64,000 nucleotides of DNA from Amphiscolops sp. MND2022 (taxonomy: Eukaryota), in NCBI GenBank assembly GCA_964187785.1, contig OZ076409.1:34164001-34228000 (forward strand), given 5' to 3'. Of this stretch, positions 39,837-52,310 are shown piece by piece. Both the position numbers and the translations under genes were made by a program. The stretch's first letter is position 1, and every line of letters starts with the position of its first letter. The notes under the pieces were generated by a model, which worked only from the letters and a program-made list of their open reading frames with translations, had not been told where the DNA came from and made no database searches.

Positions 39837-40871
39837 TTTACCGCATTAGAAAACTTCCGGAAGTGTTTGAAAATCTGAACGAAACGTGTTATCACGCGTT
39901 TACTAATGGAAACAGGAAGCATGTTGTGAACGGATTTAACTCTGATCAAGTTAAATTTTAGTTCGGAATAAAAACAAACCAACCTTCAGATGAAGACAAC
40001 CTGGGACTGAATTGGATGTGGGAACGAGTCCTTGTCCGGCTGTAGAAGGTGATGGATGTGGCCGAAACCGGCTGGAGAAGGGGGATCAAGGGTTGCTCTG
40101 GGATGAAGAATCGGCTAAGAAGTGTCGTGTGCGGGGAAATAAGTATCAGTCGAGAAGAGACAAATGGAAGATAATCAGAATTAAAATGGAATTGAAATTG
40201 GGTAGAAGAATTGAAGAAATTGGAAAGTTGGAGTTCGTGGTTGAAGATTATTACCAGACTAATATTATGGATTATCTACATATTTATTCTGTACATGGAG
40301 TCTGCCAGCGAAGTGTACAATGGACTTTGTTATTTACAGCTTATTTAGTTAAAGGGCCGGTTATGGCCGTTTGCCCTGTTTTGTTTCGCCGTTTTGTCAA
40401 GTTACCCTTAGTTAGAATTTTCGCCATCTTGGATTATTTAGATTTATTATTTTCGCCATTTTTATTATTTAATTTTACAGTTTATCGAAGCTTAACGCTG
40501 ATTGGTTGAAGCCATTTTGAAAGAATTCCGCGTCGCATGTCGTTAATTGCTATCAGGCAAACTGTTAATTACCCACTTGAAACGGGTGAAGATAATATTT
40601 ACGACTCAAGCGTCATTAACACCTCTCAGGGTGATGGTGCTGATGGGGGGTAAACACTGAGCTATCAAAGGATGCCGACTACTTATAAAATTCCATTCAG
40701 AGATATTTACGTCGGATCAGGGTAATTCACCGGTAACTCAACCACCGAATATGAATTGCCGGGAAAAGGCCCGACTTGGCCAAATTCTTGAGTTGGTGAA
40801 TTCATTCCACTTTGAAACTTCAAGCAAACTAGTCGACTCCCCTGCTCAGCAAGATTGCGAAAAAACTAATA

Positions 40872-41616
40872 ATGCAAAGATATAACTTAACCAAGAAGCT
40901 CTTCGACTTTGAAGAAGAGGATTCAGAAAAATCAGCAAATTCGATAATCTACATATCCAGCGACAGTGAGAATGAGGCTTCAAGCGATTGGGACTCAGAC
41001 TGGTCTACTGATACGGAGGCTATAATAGACAGGATCGAACGGGAAGTTAAAGCGGCACCAATTCCTATTGCCGGACGGGGGATGACAATAGAAAGCTCAG
41101 ATGACGAAATGGCGGCAGGACCCAGCTACATTCAGTCTGTTCCGCCTTCTACCCCGAAATTGGGATTTGAGTACTTCAACAGAGAAATGTGTCTAGCGCC
41201 GTCCAAAAGGCAGAAGAAGACGAGGGTTGAGCTCTGCACTACTGTTTTGCCTGTTTTGGAATCTCCATTATCTCCTCCCGACCACGAGAGGGGACCAAGT
41301 ATTGATACCCCTCCTGTACAGTCGACCTCAGGGACCTTCTACGCCTCGTACCATGTGCAGAATATCAAGCCTTACCAGGACGTCAGCGAAAGTCTACACA
41401 CGGGCTGTATGGTATGTGGTAAATCGAGAGAGCAGATAAAAGAGGAAAAGATCAACTGGTATATGGAGAGATCGACGCCCAAGAGTGAACCAGCCTATAT
41501 CACCGCATTGCGACGAGAAGCATACTCTAATGGCTTAAATGCAGGTAGTCTACTTTTCCTATCACCCGCAGTGTCGCAGGCTGCCGCCTGTGATGGCACT
41601 AAGATCACGACAACAG
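40872..41616 (+). CDS. Accessory sense ORF3 of element C, unknown function; predicted 262 aa ending inside the LTR
   Basis: Open into the gap. The 5' LTR copy supplies ...TTAEGQEIATGTLPIY* (stop at 25671-25673). Has an acidic N-terminus and CMVC, and a homolog in element B. Confidence 0.85.
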
Positions 41617-41816
41617 NNNNNNNNNNNNNNNNNNNNNNNNNNNNNNNNNNNNNNNNNNNNNNNNNNNNNNNNNNNNNNNNNNNNNNNNNNNNNNNNNNNN
41701 NNNNNNNNNNNNNNNNNNNNNNNNNNNNNNNNNNNNNNNNNNNNNNNNNNNNNNNNNNNNNNNNNNNNNNNNNNNNNNNNNNNNNNNNNNNNNNNNNNNN
41801 NNNNNNNNNNNNNNNN
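41617..41816. other. Assembly gap (200 N)
   Basis: Run of N starting 45 nt into the 3' LTR. Confidence 1.
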
Positions 41817-43480
41817 TCGTGATCATTTGAACTTAGATGATTTGACTTGTCTGATAGAGGCATAATTATATTACAATTTTTTCAATAATATTGATTTAAT
41901 TTTTCTAAATGTTTTTGCTGAATTTAGATGATCGAACCTAAAGGATTTTTTAAACTCAGAATTACAAACTATACAATACTGCATCTTTTTATTATAACTT
42001 TATTGATTTGATAGCGATATAATTTTCAAATTTATTTTACTTTTTTGATTTCAAAACTGATGTTACAAATGAGTAAAATAATTATTTTAAAAAATCTGTT
42101 TGATGTTGTTGTATCAAGTTTCTTTGATTCTGATTGTGAAGCTGTATGCGAAGCTATGTGTGAAGCTGCTCGCGAAGCTGTGCGATAATTTTCATACATT
42201 TTCACAAATCGGTGATATTCTTTTTCATCTATTTGATTATCTTTTAGACTAGTATTGAATAGTTGTCTAAAGGCATCAAGAGTCTTCTGAATAATAGCGC
42301 ACTTAAGTTTATAATTTTGCTCCTTTTTCTTCAGATAACTGGAACAAATTTTAAGAAGAATACCAGTTGCACAACCAACTCCAGCAGGTGATTGGAACAA
42401 CTATAATGCCCACACCAGTATTACTTAGTGTAACGGATGCTGAAGTTGTTCCTATTATTATAAGACCATCTGTCGAGTTAATTAGATTATTTATTAGCTT
42501 GTATTTGATGTATTTTTCCTTATTTTCATTTTCATCCAATTCATAATCTTTCATCATCATCATGATCTTTTGAATTGAAATATTGAAACTAGATACTTTT
42601 GCTAATTGCTTATTTATCATTGATTCTACAACATCAATGTCATCGGCTGCAGAGGGGGTCAGGGAAGGATAGAGTTTTTGTTCCGTTTATTAATTATATA
42701 AAACAAAATTTAATTCCGTTGGTGTTAATTTCATTCTGTGTTTCATTTCAACTATATTTATAAAGGATTTTTTTTTCAATGACTTCAAAATACTTTCTCT
42801 GGTAGAATATTCCAGAACAGACAGATAATACTCACCATCGGAAGTAGGTATTGTTTTTCCATACTATTTAAATAAGTATGTTTCTCTGAAAGTTAGATAA
42901 TTTTCAAAAGCTTGATCTTTATTGGGAAAAGAATCGAATAAACTTTTGTCATAAAGTAGTTGAATTATGTTGTTAGTTATAGTAATTTTATTTTCATCTA
43001 GGCTGTTAGGAATATTTCACCTTCTTTTGAAATCATTCCTGCTTGACCCACTGATTTTAGAAAATTCACGTTGCGGACTATTAACATTTTAAAACAAGTC
43101 TTGTGTAAGATTGGTAGTACTTCATTTATTAAAGCAGATCTTTGTTCGGTGAAAGATTTTTTCATATTTTATTCTAACTTATTTATGGTTTTTGAAAGTT
43201 CTGAAAACTGGCAATAAATATCAATGATTAACTTTGAGTTCAATAAAACTTTTCGAAATTCCTGTGGGTCTAGTATTTGGTCTAGTAGTTTTTTATCTAT
43301 TAATTTCTCTGGATTTTCTGATTAGTTTTCTGATAGGTTTCCTAATTCATTTTCTAGTTCATTTTCAAAATCTTCTTTTAATTTGGAATGGGTTATTTGG
43401 GCTAATATTTCTTGCCCTTCAGAATAACCAAACTTATGAAGAGACATTTATCATGAAGAAAAAGTTGAAAGGGTGTCGAT
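41817..43480 (-). pseudogene. AT-rich remnant of compact ORFs resembling Polinton/adintovirus accessory genes
   Basis: Frameshifted ORF ~42690-42032 with LYPSLTPSA, a Gly/Thr-rich hydrophobic segment and DNQIDEKEY, followed by zinc-finger-like MQYCIVCNSEFKKSFRFDHLNS. No hallmark Polinton gene is present. Confidence 0.45.
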
Positions 43481-44705
43481 AAAGTCGAGGAAAAAATAAT
43501 TAAGGGTGATTTCTCACCTGGTGTGTATTAATGTTGTTAACAACTTTGTTCTCCTACAGGGATGAGAAAGTATTGAGTGAAATTTCTCCTGAATTGACAC
43601 CTGTTTATTGCTGTGTTTACTGCTTTTCTTAGGAACACGCAAAGCTGCTCCTGTCAAATGTGTGAATACTCTACAACTTTTGTTCCTGTCGTCTTTCTCT
43701 ACAATGGTTTCCCATGTAATAAAAATGCAAAACCCATAGGCATGCTCATTATGATATGCGAATTAGTATATGCATTGGCATACCTATGGTAAACTCAAAG
43801 CCCATCGGGAGTCCGTTCCACTAAGAGTTTCCACAGCAGGGATCATCCTTTTTAAGAACTGTGCCATTGGTGATTATTCTCCCATAGCATCTAAAATATT
43901 ACAAAGACTGGGGGACGTTGGTTAGAAGTGAACCCCAAACACTCCGGCCGAAGTCTTAACTTTAGTCAATGCTATAACCACTAAGCTATGGGAGACGAAT
44001 CAATGTTTGTTTTAGTTATATAAAAATAACACCAAAGGCACGTCAGAAAAAATGAAAAAAAGTCGTCACACCAAAAGACACGCTTTGTGACGCATTGTGG
44101 ACAATGAGAGCGTTCAGCGTCTTTCATAGAAGTTGGACCCTAAAAGTAAAGACCAAATAATAATTTTTGTGAGGTACCTTGTTCTATAGTACTTCTATAA
44201 TCTAGTTGGTTTAAAAATCTTAGGATTCCTTGAGAAGTACCATTTAGAGGCCAATCATTTAGTGTCGTACAAGAGTTTAACGATCTCCACAAAAATTTGT
44301 AGATAGTGAAGGGAGCTGAGAGAATGCACCAGAACTCCAAAACATGCCTTCATTGCACAAGAAGATTAATTTTCAAGCCCTTCTTCTATAAATTCTTCTA
44401 TCGAAGACTGTTCGAAAGTATCAAGTTTCAGAATTTCCACAACACAATAAAGCTGGGGAATTTGTTGTTGAATTTGATTGGACTTTCACGATTCATGTTC
44501 AAATATCAAAAGCGGTCCGACTATGAAATTTGATTCGTTTATCGTATGTAATGTTTGAGAATCGGCTTTGTACAGTGTATGACGAAGGATTGAATTGGGT
44601 TTGTTTCCACTGCATATATAACTTGAAAACCAGAAACTAACACGGTTACCATAAACCAACAAGTTTATACGTAAATCTGAATTGAGTCTGAACTAGAATA
44701 TTTTC

Positions 44706-47700
44706 ATGATGCTCGAACGCGTCCGTCTTCTATTGTATGCCGCGAGCTTCAGTTGCTGTTTCATATTCTGCCTGGGAGCCGAGAAGAATTCCCGAAACCC
44801 TACAAACGAGCAAGAACAGGGTTTCCTAGCCTTAGAGCACAGCTTTATCGTTTTTAGAAGTCCTGTTTTTTTCTTTTAAAAAATCCAAAAATAAACTACT
44901 TCTTGTTGTCCAAGTCTGACCTGTCATTCAATTCTGCCTATGACGCAAAGACTATTTATAAACAACGTTCCCAAGACTGGCTTACCTTAGTGTTTATACC
45001 ATATAGTTAAGGATGCATTCAGCTCGTGTTATGCATCGTGGCCTAAATCAACATCCTTGAAACTTGAATTTGTTTTTGGAATAGAATCTTTAAAAATGCG
45101 GTAAATGTAATTTATAAGCATGAAAAACTGATCTATATTACCGTCAAACTAGATCTTCAATCGAATCGGACACACTTTCCTATCAATGAAACAAATGAAA
45201 TATGAAACAAATTATATGAACGAAACGAACATTTTTCACCAGTTTGGAAGTGAAACTTGTGAAAACGGAAAGGTAAAAAGAAGTTGAATTGTGTATCTAT
45301 CAGATAAACAAGAAAATTCCGAGCTTCTAAGTTCTTATATTTTTCGGACCATATGCGAGATCTCTAGGAAACTGAATATATCGATGTACCACTGCGTGTT
45401 CTGTTGAAGTGCAGTTGAAAATACTGTACATGAAAAGTATTTCATTTCGAAACCCTGTTGTAGCTACTTCTAAACCTATTCACGTGGCTCTCCTAACTGG
45501 ATGTGACTCCCATTTTGCAGTAACGGCCCTTGTGGGTTCTGCTCTGGTCAATTACCCCTCGGTTAAAGGCAAGTATAGGGTAACATGTGTAACGAGTGCC
45601 AACTGCAGGGATAGATGTGAGAAGTGGGGTGGACGTCTGCATGATACTGGACTGTGGTATTACCCCAACACCGATCCTGATATCAGCACTTTCGAAGCAT
45701 ATAGAAACATTTCCAAGGGTTATTATTACTTGACCGATGATACTTTCTGTGATATTGAATTTTTCTGACTTTGAAATGACAACTTCAATATTGAAGAGCA
45801 ATTTGAGGCCACAAAAATAGTCAAGAAATTGTCGACTTTCATCAGTATGCTCAAACAGTTTGACGCTATTGGAAAATCTTTGTCATTTTTAATAGTTACA
45901 ACATTCAAGCAAAAATTCTGACTGAGTTACAGCTTGTTCAACAAATGAAGTTCAAATTGGTTCATGTTCTCAACTTCTAGGATTCATTCTCAAAGCTTCT
46001 GAAACCATATATCTGAAAATCGTAATCTCTACAGACTTGGCACCTGAAAGGATACTTTTGGTCTTCTTTTACCAGGATCACTTTTCCACAAACCAAGAAG
46101 CTTACAGAGCCTAATTGAACAAGACCGACCAGATATCGTGGTATCAGATACTTTCGGGGTAGTTGCTGGAACAGTGGCTGAGGAATATGACATACCCTTC
46201 GTGTTTGGCATAACTATTTCATACACCCCTCCTCGAGAGTGCAGAGACGGAGCGAAGGTATGCCGGTAAATTATTCCACAAAACACGAAAAAAACTTCAC
46301 CGTGAAGTAATTACCCTAATCGAAACTGGCTTGATTTTTTACATGCTGCAAGCATGCAGGCCAGGTAATTTTTTAAGCGACACATAGAAACTTCAAACTG
46401 TGTGCAGTGAAAAAACGATATCCACTATCGAAGACAAACAAAAAGCCCGGTAAGCACAGGGATATATTCCGCCACAAAACGTTCAAAATCCAGCCCGTGA
46501 TCGAACCCACGACCTCCTGTGTGCCAGGCGGAAGCACTACCAACTGGGCCATGGTAACTAAAATATCCACATACTAAATGGAGTAATAGTAAAGTGGATA
46601 TTTGGCAGAATTTGAAAAAACGCTACACAGATGGTGATTGTCCTCCCCCTACACAATAAAACATGGGGGCGGAAAATAAAAAAGGAAAATTGAATAAATA
46701 CCATGCTCGCCGTCTAAAAGTTTTTTTCAAAAGATTTCAACTTTTTCGTGATTGGAAATTCTCGAGAAAAAAAACAATAATTTTTCTTTAAAAAATTCTT
46801 TAGGAGAAATTAACATTTGAAAACATTCATTAAAGCTCGTATTTAAAAAAAATTGAAAGGGTCACTTGAAGTCTCTGGCATTGAAGAAAATCGTCCAATC
46901 AAAATAAGTCTTTCTGTAATACCGCTCTCAAAGTAGTCCCAAAAAGCCTTCCTATTATATTGTTCAAAGATAAAGCTGAGACTTCAATTGTCTAGTTTTT
47001 GAATTTTTTTTACTCGCGAAAAATAACATTTTGCAATGTTTCACTGGGTCTTGCGTATTTTTTTTTTGCCTAAATGGCACACGCAGAAAAAATGTTTATA
47101 GGGAATATTAGCGTCTGGGTATCCACAAAATGCGGTTTTACATGCAAAGACTAGCAAAAATTTGCGGGAATTCCGTATTGAACTCCTGTGATGCCACTGG
47201 CAAACCACACCAAAATGTATGGAAATCCTAACCAAAACCTAGATAGTTAGCTTTGTATCCCGGAAGTTATTAGTTTAAATGATTCTCTATGGAACTCCTA
47301 AACTCAAGCTAATCGTGCTTTTCAAACTTGATGAATATATAGATCTTTCCTGCAGATTCAACTAGGTTAAAAACTGATATTTAGGACTGGAGCTTCGTAT
47401 GAGCAGCCGAACTGGCCAATTGCGCCTTTAAACGTCGACTATTGTAATTTCTCAATAAAAGTAATTGGTGCTTCTTGGATAAAATTTCCTGCCTTTCCGG
47501 CTTCAATATTCGAAAAACACTTTCACCAAGCTGACATGGGTAAATAACATATAATAACAAGACGCCCGCGGACCAGCGGGATATTTTCCGCCCCAAATCA
47601 TTTGAGCAACAAAATCGTTTTGAGTCCAAAAATCTTTACAAATACATATCGCATGGAACTAAATTTATGTCAGTTGAATTCTGTGAATGTACTTCTTCAT

Positions 47701-50700
47701 ATTACGTGAACAATAATTCTTGGCAAATTTTGTAAAAACAAGCCGGGAACGGCCCAAGTCGGCGCCATATCTAAGGCTCAAAAATAGCAAAAGGACTTCA
47801 AAGTGTCAAGTATTCTCTTCTACAGAACCCGCGTGAGGAAAAATTTGAAAAAATCCGAATTTTTTTGAATTTTTTTTCGAAATTTTTTGGTCTCCGGTAA
47901 GTCGCATAGTGCCGAAAAATTGTAAAAGGGGCCCTTTGGTTTTGAACATTCATTCTTATGCAAAATAGAAAAAAAATGAAGGGTGGACCCTTTCGAGACA
48001 TTAAAAAAATTTGCGAAAAAAGTCTCACAAAGCCGAAAAAAAACCTGCACAAAAAAATTTGTTCAAGGACGGGACCTCAAAAAGCTTAATTATCCTCTAT
48101 GCCAAGTGCCAGCAGTGATAGCTAGCGTTGCAGTTACTGTTAGTGCAGTGAAGTCAGCTCAGCTATGTATAACTCTTTATAAAATCTGTCAGTTCGTTGG
48201 TCTTAAAAAAAAAGAAGTCACTACTATAGTCTGCGTTTTTCTTCGAAAAGCGCCGACTAAAAACCCGTTTGATTTAAATATTTTCCTTTCCCATATGAAA
48301 TATGGGCGGAAAATAATAATTTCCCATTGATATCGTAACAACTTGTTGAAAGCATTCATGGGATATTTGAAAATGGGTAAAATTTTGAACAGGTACCGAC
48401 ACGACTAACACCTTCTATCATTTTGGACGAGAGCAATCCAGCGTGGCTGTTGCGAGCTACATGCACTCTTTTCTTTCACATCAACACAGTCATATCCGAA
48501 TTAATTGCATACGAGGCACATTGGAAGTTGAACAACATTCGAAGAAGTCGCAATCAACAGATTTTTGACAATTGGAATCATATGCTCTCCTTTTATCCCA
48601 CTTTGTCTTTGCTGGGTTAGTTATTGCTTAAATTTCAATCCATGCCATTCATCAGTGAGTTCTTATCAAAAAAAGCTAATTCCTTTTCCTGAAGATATTC
48701 AGTTTGAGCACCCATGTTGAGCTTTCCTTGAGAATCTGTAAAGATCTGTGAGCCAATTTTCCTTGAGGATCTGTAAAGATCGTGCCACTGCTACGTAAGG
48801 ACAACTGCAGATCGGCAAGGATCTTTACAGATGTTCAAAGATTTTCTGTACAGATTTCTCAGGAAAATTTTTTTCCGGACCTTCTAGTGAAACTATGCAT
48901 TTCATTTTTTAGCTTCTTCAGTAGATATTTTTGCTGACCAAGGCTCAGTCAGTTGAAACTCTCCATCACTCAAAATTCTTGAGCAGGAAATCTTGTCCCC
49001 ATCACGGTATTTTTGGTGTCTGGGGAATGTTCGGTGTTGGTTACCCTGGTTGAAGCTTCTTGAACTTTTTGCATGTACTTTAATGTTGCCAGCAACTTTT
49101 ATTATGATTTTCTAAAACTCTTACGGAAACTTTAATGCGAAAATATTTACCTGTTGTATTCGACTTTTATCAAGCTGCTTGAAAATTTCATCAAAGTTTT
49201 GGCGGCAATTTTAGTCCTTGAAGTTTTGCAGGTTTCTTAAAGAAGCTGTTCTAATTTTAAAAGCAAATAAATCGCTCTCAGTTCAACAGCCATTTTAATG
49301 CAAAATAACTTCAGTCACGTAATAAACTGCAAAGTAGCGTCATGTTTAGCGTCCTATTTGAAAAGCGGTGATCACATCAGATGAGTTGTTGAGAAAACAA
49401 AGTGTAAATACAAAGTGGTCGTGTCGGTGATGATGTTGTATTTATTTTCAAATTTAATTGCAGTAGTGGAAAATGCAGTGTAATTCTACAAAATTTACAG
49501 CCTGAAATGTCACTGAATTTTCTAGGTTTTATAAAAAATTACCCTGCATGCAGGCCTGCAGCATGTAAAAAAGTACTGCAGTCTCAACTAGGGTATACAC
49601 TGTATTTTATCCATTTCACTTGAACTTTCCAGAAGTGGTTTTTCAACTTTGAGAGGCTCGTTTGCCATATTGACTTCGTTTTGACGGATGAAATTTGACA
49701 TGTGACAACCTTCTGGGTTGGTAGAGGTGTTGATAGAGTGCTGTGGTTGTAATATTTCGGGAACCTGGTTTGCTGGAGTAGTTTTAGTAATTGCTGGAAA
49801 CTCGGAATACGTTATAATAATTTATTGGTATGGTTAATTTTTAATAAATCCTGGAATATCTGCAAGGATCTGTACAGATCTGTACAGATTCGCACAGAAA
49901 CTTTCTTTAAAACTTCAAATAAGAGGCGTGTTTCTTTAAAACTTCATCAAATAAGAGGAAAGGTCTTTTTTTGGCGACTCTACTAACAAATTTGAAATGA
50001 ATTGTATGATCTAAAGTTAAATATTTTGTTATTGCAGGGAGTCCTTCTAGTAAGTAAACTGAAGAAAAATTTCGCAGAAAGTGGTGATTAAACCATTCAT
50101 TGAAACTTCACGTTTTGAGCTCAAGAGTTTCAGCATTATCTAGCACCGAATGAAATATACCTTTTTTTTCTTTGAAACATTGAAACATTGAAACATTGAA
50201 ACATTGAATTTCATTGGATTAATATACATGACATACATTAAAGTATTCATAAATGTATAGAAAATCCAATGTGGACACAAAATGAGCATCAGTGCTCTTC
50301 AAGTTTGTGCCCATTTGATCAATCTCAGCACAATTAAATATTAAGTATTGCTAAAACTTTTTTAGAAAAATATTTCCATCAAACCTCTATTGTTCATGAT
50401 GTGGACTGACAAAATGTCCTTGATATACATTTTGATTTGGTTTTTGGTTAAATCTCCTAAGTTCTCTGGAATTAAATCAAAATCCAGCAACCAATTATAA
50501 GCTCTTATCATAGTATTTGACAACGATGTTCGCTTCACTATTGTTCAGCTACAAAGTACATCCAAAAATCCTTTAACCGCCCTCCTAGTGCTTATTGGTT
50601 TGCCTGTAGTAAAAGTTAGAGACAGTTCCAAATATGATTTCTTTCGAATTTGCTTGAACAACTCTTGAATTACTTCCACCATGAAAAGTTCAAAAAGGTT

Positions 50701-52310
50701 GAGAATTTTGTTGTCTGCTAATAAATTGACCATTGAATCAAACTTCTTTTTGAAAAAAATTGCTCTTAATATTCGCCTCTGTGCACATTCAATTTTTTGT
50801 AAATTGGTTTTCGCTGCACTACCATAAACCAGCAGACCATAGCAGATAACTGATTTAGCAAAAGAGTTATAAAACATTAAAAGACATTTCCGTGGATAAA
50901 AATGACGGACTCTATATATAAGACCACAGAACTTATTTAGTTTTTTACTACATAATCTATGTGCTCTCGCTAAAGGAGTTTTTTATCCAAGTGAACTCCC
51001 AGATACCTACAGGATGCTTTATAATTCAATTCGGAGACCCCGGTTTTAATTGTGTTTTGTTTTCTTTAAGACCGATTTTGTTCCAGGAAAACCTCTGACC
51101 TACATAGATGACTATGAAGACAAAGTTTATCACGTCGGAGTTCTACCAGATATTCCAGCAGCCAAAGAATCAATAAAAATGGACGCAGAGTTGAAGCGAT
51201 TCATAGATAACAGTGACAAGCCCCTAATCTACATATCCCTCGGTACATGGTTCGCTTTTTCCGAGGAACGCACCGAGCTCATCATGAAGAAAATAGCCGA
51301 ACAGTCTCTTTATAAGGTTATTTGGTCAAACAAGCGATGGACTCCGCAAATGAATGAAAAACTGGATGAACGACAAGTTTTCATGCGGGCGAAACTTCCA
51401 CAAAAGGATATCTTGGAGTCTGGAAAAATGTGAGTTGAATGATTTGTTCCAATGTACTCTGCAATTGCGCCAAGTCTTCCAATTGGAGCTAATGTCGCCA
51501 GAAAGTCTCGCTATCTCATAAAACGCCGGAAGGCGTATTGTTATTTATAACTCAAAAATCTTACTTCAGCCGCGGTGATGGCAAGCTTTTTAAAAATTTT
51601 TCTAGTTTCCTGAATGTTTTCAATTTTTCGGTTCGAATTTTTTTTAGAAGCATTGTATGAATCGTGACTAAGATTTCGAGATGTTTAAAATTGAAACGCA
51701 GGTTACAGTCTGAAATTTCAACAAATTGTCAGTTTGAGGTAACAATTTTTGTCCTTCTCCGCCAATGCCAAGACTTTTTTCATCCATAAACATCTATTTA
51801 ATTTTTATCTTTGTTTAATGTTCAAAGCATATCTGTTTCAGAACTGTCTTTGTGTCCCACTGTGGGGCTAGCTCTTTAATCGAAAGTCTGCGGGCTGGTG
51901 TTCCTATAATTGGAGTGCCCCAAGGACGAGATCAATACTACTTGGCAAGAAACGTCAATACCGCAAAAATTGGAATCGAATTAAGTGGCGAGCCAGATCC
52001 GGATGATCTTATCGAAGCTATAGAAAAAATTCGAACTAACTGGAACGTTTATCACGAGAACACTAAAAAGGCACTGTATGAATTGACTAACAACTCAAAA
52101 GAAAATTTGGAGAGAGTCATTGACACGTTTGTGGAGAAAGGCCATGTCGTGACCTTCAACGATGGCCCTATCTTTCCGACATCTCACGCGTTTGCTTTAG
52201 TTTTGTTGCTGCTAAGCATGGCTGCTCTTCTCATATGGTCGATAATTTATGCTTTATTCCGTTGCTGTTGCAGTAAAAGTTCACCTCAGAGGAAAGTGAA
52301 GTCTAATTGA
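44706..52310 (+). CDS. UDP-glycosyltransferase (UGT family), multi-exon host gene
   Basis: Inferred exons 44706-44820 (signal peptide), 45464-45718 (CDSHF), 46076-46257 (RPDIVVSD), 48393-48615, 51071-51429 (IYISLGT, VIW, LPQKDIL) and 51842-52310 (FVSHCGASSLIESLRAGVPIIGVPQGRDQ signature, TM helix, KVKSN end). The phase between 48615 and 51071 is not reconciled. Confidence 0.9.
46485..46558 (-). repeat. tRNA-derived SINE head or tRNA pseudogene
   Basis: A box TGGCCCAGTTGG and B box GGTTCGATC at tRNA spacing, but no acceptor stem. Confidence 0.65.
47556..48316. repeat. Family 2 element interrupted by a family 1 element
   Basis: Terminal hairpin CCCGC-GGACCA-GCGGG and inverted ATTTTCCGCCC/GGGCGGAAAAT motifs. 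The sequence flanking the insert is contiguous at 57678-57753. Confidence 0.7.
47737..48260 (-). repeat. Family 1 Helentron/DINE-like element
   Basis: Subterminal inverted AGTCGGCGC/GCGCCGACT, terminal hairpin, inserted in an A run. Confidence 0.75.
50171..51010 (-). mobile_element. 5'-truncated non-LTR retrotransposon (CR1/L2-group-like) in a UGT intron
   Basis: RT C-terminal LNKFCGLIYRVR...FYNSFAKSVICYGLLVYGSA...QRRILRAI and a (TTGAAACA)n tail at 50172-50208. Confidence 0.85.

Larger units (their letters stand above)
25579..41616 (+). mobile_element. Element C: >16 kb nearly intact Ty3/Gypsy element with accessory genes; 3' LTR runs into the assembly gap
   Basis: 25585-25629 is identical to 41572-41616; long open gag, pol and accessory ORFs. 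Confidence 0.95.

Noticed and set aside
41551..41571. Splice acceptor explaining the LTR start
   Set aside because: No matching upstream TGTAAC-GT donor was found, and a spliced U3 would appear in both LTRs.
35674..41616. env gene in element C
   Set aside because: No signal peptide, furin site or TM anchor in the main accessory ORFs.
41495..41865. ORFs spanning the N run
   Set aside because: Artefacts of the gap.
43925..43995. Second tRNA-like sequence (minus strand)
   Set aside because: Only the A box is convincing; too degenerate to call.
46485..46558. Functional tRNA gene
   Set aside because: The acceptor stem does not pair, so it is better explained as a SINE head.
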